Source: Dendrobates tinctorius
Lineage: Eukaryota
Direction of reading: 5' to 3'
Assembly (NCBI RefSeq): GCF_039654945.1
Contig: NW_027361790.1
Span: 4,960,001-5,024,000, forward strand
DNA length: 64,000 bases
Part shown: positions 11,629-23,671 of the stretch, one piece after another
Position numbering within the stretch: position 1 is the first letter of the stretch
Layout: the number at the start of each line of letters is the position of its first letter
Program-made: the position numbers and the translations under genes
Notes under the pieces: generated by a model
The model's input: the letters and a program-made list of their open reading frames with translations, nothing else
Told to the model about the DNA's origin: nothing
Databases searched by the model: none

Positions 11629-12956
11629 CTATGTTGGTCCATATAAAAATTCCCCCTCACACGGGATTGCACACAATTTGGTCTCTGTCTGTAAGTCTCC
11701 CGGCCAGCATTTCAGCCATAAGGCGCATCTTGCGGCATTTGAGAGGGCGGCTGTTCTGGCTGCCAGTCTGGTTGAGTCTACTGATGCATCCGCCAGGAAG
11801 GCTGCTGCCCCCCTCATCACAGAAACTGACCTCTGCATTGTATCTCTTGGGACTTTCCCCTTTATCTGTGACTCTAAGTGATCTAGCCAGACCATTAGGG
11901 CGCGCGCCGTGCACGTGACTGCTATGGCTGGCTTTAGCCCCCCTGCTGCCGACTCCCACGTATTTTTTAAAAAAGGCTTCTGCTTTTTTGTCCATTGGGT
12001 CCCTCAGGGTGCCCATGTCCTCGAAGGGCAGGGCAAATTTTTTAGAAGCATTTGCAATTGCCACGTCTAATTTAGGAGCTTTACTCCATGAGGAGCAGGC
12101 CGGGTCGTCGAAGGGGTATTTCCTCTTGGGTGTCAAGAGGACTTTTTTGTCTGTTTTTTTCCATTCCCGTTTAATTAGGGAATGGATTTTCTCATTGACA
12201 GGAAAAGCTCTCCGTTTTTTTTGTTCCAGCCCACCAAACATCAGATCTTGGGCTGTTTTCTTAGGCCGTTCATCTACTAACCCCATCGTTGTCCTCACCG
12301 CTTTTACTAGGGTGTCTGTTTCCTCGATGGGGAAGCAGCTATGCCCCCCTACTGAGGATGATGATTGGGAGGATGAGGAGTTACTTGAGTCCGACAGTTC
12401 GTTTTCTGACTCGCTAACACTGGACTCTGGCGACCTACGCCTGGACCTACGTTTCTTTTTTGAGGATCTAGCGCCCTTAAGGGCGTCTTCGACCTGGGTC
12501 CTTATCAGGGTTTTGAGATCTGAAGCAAATCTCGGGGATTCCTCCTGAATTGTTTGCTCTATGCATGCCGCACAAAGCTTTTTCTCCCATATAGGGGGTA
12601 GCTCTTCCGTGCATATGGCACATATCATGTGCTTAGATTTGGCCGTGCATTTACGCCCCTGAAAACAGAAATTAACAACCGCATATTAGCGAGCGGGACT
12701 TAACGGAGATCACTCACCCTCCTTATGGAATGAGAGATACCGTCTCAGGCGCAGGGATTATTTCCACCGCTGAGTCCACGTCTGGCTGTGCCGCCATGGT
12801 GGATCTTTGGCTGCGCCGCGATCCTGCGTGACCGTCGCTGCTGCGCTGCTGGGAAGAGTTGCGCTGGCGCTGTGAATGTTGGCACTGTTCCTGTGTTTGC
12901 CGCGGCCCCTGCTTCAGGGAACGCCGAGTCTCCTTCTGTTTCTGCTTTCCGCTCAT
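11629..12956 (-). pseudogene. DIRS gag-like ORF (CxxC...CxxC), probably spliced, frameshift near 11968
   Basis: ICAIC...KKLCAAC, Ser-rich region and PKLDVAIA...LRDPMDKKAE; predicted intron 12659-12740. Confidence 0.8.
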
Positions 12957-15500
12957 GCAGACACTCCTTTACCTTTTTTTAAATGTGAGCGGTCTTTTTT
13001 TTTTTTTCCTTTCTTCCCCGGCGCTGCCTCTCCCAGCACCCCCCGGAAGTGGCTGCCCGCGCATGCGCACTGCGGCCTCCCAGTGGTGCACTGCAGCCCC
13101 ATCTATTTTGGCGCTTGTAACGGCGTGCGCGCCCGGCCGTACCTTGCGCCTCACGGTAGCCGCCGCTATCTCCGGGTCGCCCGCGCCTGTCCAGCCGGCG
13201 CTGGACGTTCGGCGCCGATCGTATGCGCCCCTCCAGCACTGTATGTGAGACTGGTGGCCGCCGCCACCCCTGCCTGCTTCAAGAAACCTGGAGGTCACCA
13301 CCGCCTCCCCTGCCTCGGTATGGCCGGCCCCGACCTGTGCTCCCGGTGACCGCCGCCACCTGCACATGCTGCCTTGCGGCTCAGCGGGCCTCTCCCGTAG
13401 TGATCGCCATCACTATACTGCAGGAGGCAGCCCCCTTTTTTTTTTCCCCCCTTTCTGGGATCGGCAGACTTCCACAGCTTCTTCACTGCCTCTCCCCACT
13501 CAACCTAAAGGCCCGCCGACCCCAGTGGTGGTGCTTCGGGGGGAGCCTGTTCGAGGCCTCGACCCAGGAGAGGCAGGGAGCCCCGCTGCCTATCACCGGA
13601 GTGGATCGGTCCCCGGAATCCTACGACGACTTGTCAGGTATGCTGTAGGTTCCCCGTCAGGGACAGGAAACCAACTGATGTGGGAGAGAGGTACCGCCTT
13701 CTTCATCTGTAGGTTTCCTGTCCCTGAGGGCGGATCCCTCTCTCTCCGTGGTGCCGTCATGGGGGAAAGAGAAATTTAAAGGGGTCTGAATACTTTCCGT
13801 ACCCACTGTATATAGATGACACAGGACAAAACTGGTGACAGGTTCCCTTTAAAGCTATAGTGAAAATGAACACTGCATAACCATAAGGCTATGTCTCACG
13901 GGGTGTATTGGCAGGGCTTTGGACGCAGCCGATACCCCGCTCCGCCCAAAGCGCCGCCCCGTTGTACGTGCGGTGATTCCAGTCCCCGCAGTGTAAATTT
14001 CCCATAGACTATCAGTAGATGCGGTAAAACCGCATCTAATTATTAGTCACATGCGTAATAACTGCGAGAATGAAACTTTCAACGCATGTGTACTAATTTA
14101 CATATGTTGAATCTTTTGTCATATCCGGAAATACGTGACAGGCTAATGTCACACTTGCGAGTGTGATGTGTGAGTCTCTTGCATCAAATCTCGGCACTGC
14201 CGCCGACACTCGGGATCGGAGTGTGCGGCTGCATAGAAATACATGCAGCTGAACACTGCGAGAGCCGAATGTTGATGCGAGAGACTCACACGATTGTGAT
14301 GCGAGAAACTCACAAGTGTGACACCGGCCACACAGGAAGTTCCTGAAAGCAGAGAAAGGGATATGTCCTTTCCTTTTTTTTTTAACTAAATAATTAGCCT
14401 GGGAAGTGGGTAAAACACATAGATCTTCCAGGATATTATCAGCTCACAGCTGTATATTTAGCCTTTACTGGCTGTTAAAATGGGTGAGCACTCAAAAATG
14501 AAATGGGGTCTCCCTATAATAGCCAGAAAAGGCTATGCAGACAGCTGTGGGCTGTTATTAATAGCCTAGGAAGGGGCCATGGATATAGCCCCCCCCCCGG
14601 CTACAAACACCAGCTCTCAGCCACCTCAGAAATGGCGCATCTCTGAGATGCGCCAATTCTGGCGCTTAGCCTCTCTCTTCCCACTGCCCTGTAGCGGTGG
14701 CATATAGGGTAATATTTGTGGGGTTGATGTCACCTTTGCATTGTAAGGGGACATCAAGCCTGGCTTAGTAATGGAGAAGCATCAATAAGATACCTATCCA
14801 TTACTAATCCTATAGTTGTAACATGGTAATAAAGACACAGCCAGAATAAAGTATTTTAATGAAATAAAGCACTAAACACAGTTTTCCCATTTTATTATAC
14901 TCCTAATTCCTACAACGCCCTCATTCTCCTAAAATAAAAATAAAATAATAAACCAACACAAATAATTCCTGTCCCGACGTAGTCCTTAATAACAAGTGTC
15001 TCACGACGAGTCCAGGTCTGCTACATCTGGATGCATGACACCCAGAGATAGCAGAGCTTGTTGATGACCACCGGAGATCACAGGCAGTCACCTGCACTGT
15101 AGTTCTCCCGGTCAGCTGACCGCGAGAACCAGCCTAGTGACCGGAGATAACATCAGCGGTCATGTGCACGGCAGTTCTCACTGTCAGCTCAGTCATCGCG
15201 AGAGCTGCAGTGGACGCGAACTTCCAGCGGTCACAAGGTAAGACATTATTTAAATTAGTACACATGCGTAGTAAGCTACGTTTCCGCAGTTATTACGCAT
15301 GTGACTAATAATTAGATGCGGTTTTACCGAATCTAATAATGGTTTATGGGAAATTTACGCTGTGGGGACTGAGCATCTCGGCATCGTAAATAGACATGCT
15401 GCGGTCTATAGAGACGTGTTGCGTGTCGGTTTATGCAGGTCTGCCACCTGCGTCTCTGATCGCATAGTGGACATGGGATTTCATGAAATCAACTCCACTA

Positions 15501-17070
15501 CACTGTGTTCCAAATTATTATGCAAATTGGATTTAAGTGCCATAAAGATGTTATTTTTTGTTTTTCAAATAAACTCATAGATGGTATTGTGTATCAGGGC
15601 TCTTTGGATCACTGAAATCAATCTCAAATGCCTTTGATAATTAGTTTACCAGGTGAGCTCAATTAAAAGAAAACTACTTAAGAATGATGTTCCACATTAT
15701 TAAGCAGGACACAGGTTTCAAGGAATTTAGGAAATAAAAAGGATCTCTCTGCTGCTGAAAAGCATCAAATAGTGCAATGCCTTGGTCAAGAGATGAAAAC
15801 ATTAGATATTTCCCAAAAATTTAAACGTGATCATTGTACTGTTAAGAGATTTGTGGTTGATTCTGAGCACAGACATGTTTGTGCTGATAAAGGCAGAATG
15901 AGGAAGGTTTCTGCCAGGCAAGTTCACTGGATTAAGAGAGTGGCTGCTAAAAAGCCATTACAAATCAGCAAACAGATATTTAAAGCTGCTGGTGCCTCTG
16001 GAGTCCCTCGAACCTCAAGGTGTAGGATCCTTCAAAGGCATGCTGTGGTGCACAAATTTACTATTCGGCCACCCCTAAACAGTGTTCACAAGCAGAAATG
16101 GTTGCAGTGGGCCCAGACATACATGAAGACTAATTTTCAAACAGTCTTGTTTACTGATGAGTGTCGAGCAACCCTGGATGATCCAGATGGATGGAGTAAT
16201 GGATGGTTGGTGGATGGCCACTATGTCCCAACAAGGCTGCGACATCAGCAAGGAGGTGGAGGAGTCATGTTTTGGGCCGGAATCATGGGGAAACAGCTGG
16301 TAGGGCTCTTTAAGGTTCCTGAAGGTGTGAAAATGACCTCTGCAAAGTATATAGAGTTTCTGACTGACAGCTGTCTTCCATGGTATAAAAAGCAGAAACG
16401 TGTCTTCAGGAGCAAAATCATTTTCATGCATGACAATGCACCATCTCATGCTGCAAAGAATACCTCTGAGTCATTGACTGCTATAGGCATAAAAGGAGAT
16501 AAACTCATGGTGTGGCCACCATCTTCCCCTGACCTCAACCCTATAGAGAACCTTTGGAGTATCATCAAGCAAAAGATCTATGAGGGTGGGAGGCAGTTCA
16601 CATCAAAACAGCAGCTCTGGGAGGCTATTCTGACTCCATGTAAAGAAATACAAGCAGAAACTCTCCAAAAACTCACAATTTCAATGGATGCAAGAATTGT
16701 GAAGGTGATATCAAATAAGGGTTCCTATGTTAACATGTAACTTGGCCTGTTAGGATGTTTTGGTGTTAAATAGCTTTTTTGTTCAGTGAATGTGACCTCC
16801 TAATGCTGCAAATTCCACAAATGAGCATTTTCAGTTCTTTAAAACATTTCAAATGTTTAGAAATTCTACTTTGCCTAATAATTTGGAACAGTGCAATTTG
16901 AGCTTTTATTCATTTTGGAGATTATACTGTTATTATTGGGAGGTTTTTTCAATAAAATTTGATGCATACTCTAACCGGTGATGACTTTTATTAGACTGAC
17001 TGTCATTTGTACTGACTATTTAGGAAAATCAGAGAAAAATATCATTTGCATAATAATTTGGAACACAGTG
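15501..17070 (+). mobile_element. Tc1-superfamily DD37E (TRT-type) transposon, full length
   Basis: TA TSDs; TIR CACTGTGTTCCAAATTATTATGCAAAT; 37 residues between the second D and E. Confidence 0.92.
15727..16740 (+). pseudogene. DD37E transposase; uninterrupted frame but start codon lost (TTA at the expected ATG)
   Basis: FTDE...HDNAPSH...[11 protein letters not shown]; the frame is open from GNKKDLSAAEKHQIV through the stop. Confidence 0.85.
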
Positions 17071-17468
17071 TATGCTGTAACATCTGGACACTGCGGGTTT
17101 GACGCTGCGGATGTACACAGCGTCAAACTCGCGGCATTTACTGACCGTGGAAACATACCCTACGAAGGGAGGTGTACACACGTCGATACATTCTGATAAG
17201 AGTGGTTGCCACTACACACCTGGCTTCTAAGGGTATGTGCACACGTTGCAGATTTGCCTGCAGAATTTTCTGCAAAGAATCTGCACATCTTGGCAGAAAA
17301 GCAGCTAAAAATCCAAGCGTTTTTTCATGTGTTTTTTTCATGCGGATTGTATGCGTTTTTGTAACATAAATAAAGATGTTATTTAACCAAAAAAAAAAAG
17401 ATTTGTGATTTCATTTCTTGTCCAACCACCTCTTTTACATTTGTCCAACCCACACTCCATTACACATA

Positions 17469-19089
17469 GAGTGACTTGCAAAAGTATTCACCCCCTGGAA
17501 TTTTTCAACCTTTTCCCACATATCATGCTTCAAACATAAAGATACCAAATGTAAATTCTTGGTGACGAATCAACAACAAGTGGGACACAATTGTGAAGTT
17601 GAACGAAATTTATTGGTTATTTTAGATTTTTGTGGAAATTCAAAAACTGAAAAGTGGGGCGTGCAATATTATTCGGCCCCTTTAACTTAAAACTTTGTTG
17701 CGCCACCTTCTGCTGCAATTACAGCTGCAAGTCACTTGGGGTATGTCTCTATCAGTGTTGTACATCGAGAGACTGAAATTCTTGCCCATTCTTCCTTGGC
17801 AAACAGCTCGAGCTCAGTGAGGTTTGCTGGAGATCGTTTGTGAACAGCAGTTTTCAGCTCTTTCCACAGATTCTCGATTGGATTCAGGTCTGGACTTTGA
17901 CTTGGCCATTCTAACACCTGGATACATTTATTTGTGAACCATTCCATTGTAGATTTTGCTTTATGTTTGGGATCATTGTCTTGTTGGAAGACAAATCTCC
18001 GTCCCAGTCTCAGGTCTTTTGCAGATTCCAACAGGTTTTCTTCAAGAATGGTCCTGTATTTGACTCCATCCATCTCCCCATCAATTTTAACCATCTTCCC
18101 TGTCCCTGCTGAAGAAAAGCAGGCCCAAACCATGATGCTACCACCACCATGTTTGACAGTGGGGATGGTGTGTTCAGGGTGATGAGCTGTGTTGCCTTTA
18201 TGCCAAACATATCGTTTGGCATTGTTGCCAAAAAGTTAGATTTTGGTTTCATCTGACCAGAGCACCTTCTTCCACATGTTTGGTGTGTCTCCCAGGTGGC
18301 TTGTTTCAAACTTTAAACAACACTTTTTATAGATATCTTTGAGAAATGGCTTTCTTCTTGCCACTCTTCCATAAAGGACAGATTTGTGCAGTGTACGACT
18401 GATTGTTGTCCTATGGACAGACTGTCCCACCTCAGCTGTAGATCTCTGCAGTTCATCCAGAGTGATCATGGGACTCTTGGCTGCATCTCTGATCAGTCTT
18501 CTCCTTGTTTGAGATGAAATTTTAGAGGGACAGCTAGGTCTTGGTAGATTTGCAGTGGTATGATACTCCTTCCATTTCAATATGATCGCTTTCACAGTGC
18601 TCCTTGGGATGTTTAAAGCTTTGGAAATCTTTTTGCATCCAAATCAATCTTTAAACTTCTCCACAACAGTATCACGGACCTGCCTGTTGTGTTCCTTGGT
18701 CTTCATGATGCTCTCTGTGCTTCAAACAGAACCCTGAGACTATCACAGAGCAGGTGCATTTATACAGAGACTTCATTACACACAGGTGGATTATATTTAT
18801 CATCATTAGTCATTTAGGACATTGGATCATTCAGAGATTGACAATGAACTTCTGGAGTGAGTTTGCTGCACTAAAAGTAAAGGGACCGAATAATATTGCA
18901 CGCCCCACTTTTCAGTTTTTTTAACACAAAAATTTTAAATACCCAATAAATTTCGTTCAACTTCACAGTTGTGTCCCACTTGTTGTTGATTCTTCACCAA
19001 AAATTTACATTTGGTATCCTTATGTTTGAAGCATGAAATGTGGGAAAAGGTTGAAAAGTTGCAGGGGGCAGAACACTTTTGCAAGGCAC

Positions 19090-19090
<1 letters not shown>
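17469..19090 (-). mobile_element. Tc1 DD34E transposon with long TIRs and a frameshifted transposase (17732-18595)
   Basis: About 220-bp TIRs; WSDETK, QQDNDPKH and [11 protein letters not shown] motifs; 34-residue spacing. Confidence 0.92.

Positions 19091-19160
<70 letters not shown>
19091..19160. repeat. (GATA)n microsatellite
   Basis: Direct read. Confidence 0.95.
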
Positions 19161-20487
19161 CGATCCGCAAAAAGAATTGACATGCTGCGGAAAATAAAAC
19201 GCTGCGAATTTGCGCTTGTTTTTCCGCAGCGTATGCACAGCGTTTTTGGATTTCCCATTAACACTGTGTGCACTCTGCACTGCGGATTTGATGCAATTGC
19301 GCGTGTCCAAAAACGCATCAAAATCCGCAACGTGTGCACATACCTAACGGTTCTCAACAAATCTATATGAGCTCTAATGGCTTTCCCAGCACAAAACATT
19401 TCACAATTAATCTTCCCCAAGAACAGCATCATACACCTTGACTTGAGATCTCACAGATCCATATCATCTTACCGCAATAAAAGAACCATGATTTCTGCCT
19501 AATGAATAGTATAACTGGAAAATTCTCATTTCCATAAGTAAAAATGTTTTATCCCAATGAACACACGCTAATGGTACCATTGGATATCAGCACTTCTGGG
19601 TGTTGACTCCATTATACAGCTGACTCTCTAACTTAACAGCTGGGATCAGAGGTATCTCCAATCCTGGCCATTTAACCCTTAGTTGACAGAGTCACAGATG
19701 ACTGCAGCATCGGTACGACAATCAGTATGCGAGGTAAAAACCTGTCTATTACTTTAACGTTTACACACAATTCACGATGATAATCAGTTTTCTAATCGTA
19801 AAGTCACAATTTCAGTAGCTTCCTTATTAGAACCCAACTATACTAATCTCTGGGAAATTACAAAGACATTGTCACTGTCACACATGTAGCTTAGAATATT
19901 TCTTTAAAAACGCTATTCCTCGACAGAACAAGGCAGTTTTATATCATAATTTCTAACTCTTTATTCATTACAGCATAAGTAGTCAAATTCTAGAGGACCG
20001 ACCGTCCCATTTGAGTGTGGTATGTGAAATTTCTGCTTTACAGTCCAACTTTTTTCAGTCTCCTCTGGGTTAAGTGAACTTTCACCTCTCCCTTCCAGAT
20101 GATGACAATCACAGCTCAGCAGCATCTGAGACTGCAAGATCAACTGCGATTGACAGGGAGGGGTGAAAGAGCACTCTCCCAGAGAAGCGCAGTTGCACTA
20201 CAAGCAGAAATTTCACATACGGAGTTCCAAAAGCAAGAAATGTGAATATCACTGCAATGGAACAAAGCAGTGCGAAAATGGAAAAAAGTGGCGGAATCAG
20301 GGAAGCTCTAGGTTATTTTTTAAGGTGCTTAACTTTTTTTTTTGAGCAAGTGACTAGTCCTCTAGATATAACAGATGAAATTTGCCATAAAACAGCTGAA
20401 GCCCTTAATACATTTGGTACTGAAAATACAGCCATAGCTCTGTATGAACTAACAGGTTCTGTTCTGGTTTTCGAACTTCAATCTTAA

Positions 20488-21097
20488 AGGGAATCTGTAA
20501 CCCTTTTTATTGACCTTTCAGCTGCCGGCATAGACATCGGGGGCTTATCTACAGCATTCTGTAATGCTGTAGATAAGCCTCTGATGTAACCTGAAAGAGA
20601 AGAAAAACACGTTATATTATACTCACGGAGGTGGGCGGTCCGGTCCGATGGGTGTCGCCGTCCCGTCCGGCGCCTCCCTTCTTCATGCGATGACATCGTC
20701 TTCTCCCGTCCTGTAATGGCTCCGGCGCAAGCAGACTGCTCTGCCCTGTTGAGGGCAAAGCAGAGTCCTGCAGTGCGCAGGCGTCGGGAGAGGTCTGGCG
20801 CCTGCGCACTGAAGAATTCTGCTCTGCCCTCAACAGAGCAGAGCAATGTGCCTGCACTGGAGCCATTTCAGGACGGGAGAAGAGGACGTCAGCGCATGAA
20901 GAAGGGAGGCGTCGGACCGGACCGCAACACACACCGGACCGGACCGACCCCCCTGGTGAGTGTAATCTAACTCTTTTTTTCTTATCTTTCAAGTTACATC
21001 GGGGGCTTATCTACACCATTACAGAATGCTGTAGATAAGCCCCCGATGTCTATGCCGGCAGCTAATAGGGCAAAAAAAAAGGGGTGACAGATTCCCT
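20488..21097. mobile_element. T2/Kolobok-type palindromic MITE
   Basis: TTAA|AGGGAATCTGT...ACAGATTCCCT|TTAA, with inverted arms and internal repeats. Confidence 0.88.
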
Positions 21098-21101
21098 TTA
21101 A

Positions 21102-21603
21102 AAGGAAATCTCTCAGTGGGATCAATCCTCCTAAGCCATCTATATGGGCACACGTCATTGAAAGTTGAATAAAATGATACCTTGATATCTGCGATCCAAT
21201 GTCTTATTCCAGAAAAATCCATATTTTTTTTCTATGTAAATGAGCTGTTAAGATCTATGGGCTGGACACTGATTTGCATCAGAATCTACCTCCAGAGATT
21301 ATTTAAAATGAAAGGGGACGATAATAGTGAGACATGTAATGACTGACAGCCTGCTCTCCTGATCTACATGTCTCACACTGGTAACTTCCCTTTCATTTAT
21401 CATCATCATCTCTGGAGGCAGAGTCTCATGCAGATCAGGGTCCAGCCCAGAGATCTTAACAGCTCATTGACATAGAATAAAAATATGGATTTCTCTGGAA
21501 TAAGACATTGGATAGCAGATATCAAGGTATCCTTTTATTCAGCTTTCTATGACCTACATGCCCGTATAGATGGCTTAGGAGGGTTCAATCTACTGACAGG
21601 TTG
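21102..21603. mobile_element. T2/Kolobok-type palindromic MITE sharing a TTAA with the previous element
   Basis: TTAA|AGGAAATCT...; whole-element inverted symmetry. Confidence 0.8.
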
Positions 21604-22061
21604 TAAAATCAAAGAGAGAAATGACCACAATGTAGGCAGAAGTCATTCCAGAAAGACTTACGTACATGTAAACTGGTCATTAAATTCTTCTACTTTACAT
21701 TGCAGATTTGTCCCCAGAAGATGCAAACATGTTTCTAAATTGAGATGTTGCTTATATATGGCAACTAGTGTTGTGAAGCACTGAACTGATAGCTTATCTG
21801 TAAGTGACAGCAGCTGCATGCAATGTGCTGCACATGGCCGCGAGCAGGACTGGGAAAAGAATGCGGACATAGAAAAAGCTGCTGAACTATATAGGTTCAG
21901 ATTTTACACTGTACTCACTACATTATTATGGTGTCCAAGCATCAGAAAATACAGATTTAAAAAAAACAAAACCTTAAAAGGCGTTATCCAGTTTCAGAAA
22001 ACTCGTCTCCAGTTTGTTTTACTTACCCTCACCATGTCCAGCTGTTTCTTCCAGTGTCATA

Positions 22062-22345
22062 TAGTGATGAGCGAGCGTGCTCACAGAAGGTGTTATCTGA
22101 TCATGCTCGGGTGCTAACAGTGCCTTCGGTGTGCTCTAATATGTTCGCGTCCCCGCAGCTGCATGTCTCGCGCCTGTTAGACAGCCACAGCACACGCATG
22201 GGTTGCCTGTTTGTTAGTAAACCCTTGCGTGTGTTGCGGCTGTCAAACGGCTGCAAGACATGCAGCCGCGGGGACTCGAGCATGCCGAAGTCACTCGGTA
22301 AGCACCCAAGCATGTTTATCTGAGCACATTCCCTCCTCGCTTCTA
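22062..22345. mobile_element. hAT-like MITE
   Basis: TAGTGATGAGCGAG terminus and internal palindrome. Confidence 0.6.
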
Positions 22346-23117
22346 GTAAACCTTCTGCACGGTCATTGATTAACTCTGCATAACCTCACCTCCACCAATT
22401 ATTGGGAGCTTTCTGCCTATGCACAGTGTACATAGAAAGTTGTCAATCAGGGGTGTGGGTGAGATTATACAGAGTTCAGCATTCCAAGGATGGGTAGACT
22501 TGCTGCAGATAAAACAGATTTTTCAAAACTGCAACCAGCAGCCCATTAAGTGATACATCACTCAGGGTCTCTGCCCCAACATCATACTGGAGTGGCAATA
22601 ACGTGGTGATAGATTCCCTAATAAAAGGGAGCTGGACGGCTGATGTATGCTGCTGCAACCACTGGCTGCATGAATCAGAGACCAGCTTCATTATTGATGC
22701 AGTGTTTCTGATAGAACATACTTCTAGATGCCAGCAGGGGACTATGAGAGGGGACCTGTCTCTCGGACTACTCCAGCTAGTCTCATCATTCCCAGATTCT
22801 TTTAAAAGTATGTTTTAAATACAATCAGAAGAACGCAGACACAGCTGCAGCTGGCCACCATGAGTCAGCTGTCATGTTCCCTTTAAATACCGATCTCATG
22901 TTATCAGACAGGTTTGATTGCAGCTGATAGAAATGAAAGGAGGCACAACAAGGAGCTACTATCATGCAAAGCTGCACTTTGAATACAGGAATCTATAAAA
23001 TGATGATCCATGGTCAGTCAGCTGGGACAGGACACTGGACTGTCCCTCACACAGGATTTGGGGATGCTGTTTGCTGCTCCAAGAATTTCTGAGAAAATGA
23101 TCTACACATGGCACTCA

Positions 23118-23477
23118 GGGTCTGTGCACACGTTGCGGATTCTGCTGCGGATCCGCAGCGTTTTTGGCTCTGCGAATTCGCAGCAGTTGCTGCTGCGGTG
23201 TACAGTACAGTACATTTATAATCAATGGAAAATAAAAAACACTGTGCACATGCTGCAGATTTTTCTGCGGTTTTATATCAGCAGCATGTCAATTCTTTGT
23301 GCGGAATCCGCAGCGTTTTTACACCTACTCCATTGTCCAGGTGTCAAACTGCAGGGGAAAACTGCAGGCCAATCCGCAGATAAAACGCAGGTCTTTTGAC
23401 CTGCGGATTTACCTGCGGATTTTGCCAAATCTGCGTGGAAAAATCTGCAGCACAATTCGCAACGTGTGCACATACCC
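23118..23477. mobile_element. Harbinger-like MITE
   Basis: TCA|GGGTCTGTGCACACGTTGCG...CGCAACGTGTGCACATACCC|TCA (3-bp TSD). Confidence 0.85.
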
Positions 23478-23671
23478 TCAGGGAAGAAAACCAGTCATCG
23501 GCATTAGCTGTCCCAACTACAGTACTTGTAGTAATTTGCCGGTATGTGAGGACAGTGGAATGCTCTTTACCCCACAAGCTTTCTATACTGCAGGGTCCCT
23601 TACACCAGGACAGAGCCCACGGCATTGTGCTTCTCTAAGGCACGGCACTCTCGCCTATTGCAGAAGAAGTA

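Larger units (their letters stand above)
8141..13774 (-). mobile_element. Near full-length DIRS1-group tyrosine-recombinase retrotransposon
   Basis: Inverted terminal repeats (about 8178-8270 vs 13675-13762), ICR at 8435-8518 joining the complements of both ends, TTT termini in an A/T run, and gag, RT-RNaseH-MT and YR ORFs with several frameshifts. Confidence 0.95.
8010..13808. mobile_element. Right TIR of a second Tc1 family, split by the DIRS insertion
   Basis: Removing about 8141-13774 rejoins ...AAAGAGTGAAAA and ...TTTAAAGGGGTCTGAATACTTTCCGTACCCACTG|TA into one Tc1-type terminus. Confidence 0.75.
13887..17160. mobile_element. Harbinger-like non-autonomous element hosting a nested MITE (about 14141-14329) and a Tc1
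   Basis: TIRs GGCTATGTCTCACGG / CCGTGGAAACATACCC; subterminal inverted arms at about 13980-14070 vs 15285-15370. Confidence 0.65.
17231..19344. mobile_element. Harbinger-like MITE containing (GATA)n, with a Tc1 inserted
   Basis: TAA|GGGTATGTGCACACGTTGC...GCAACGTGTGCACATACC|TAA. Confidence 0.8.

Noticed and set aside
21610-23110. Extra USP15 exons in less repetitive intronic sequence
   Set aside because: Exons 1 and 2 already join in frame; no convincing splice-bounded coding segment was found, although non-coding function cannot be excluded.
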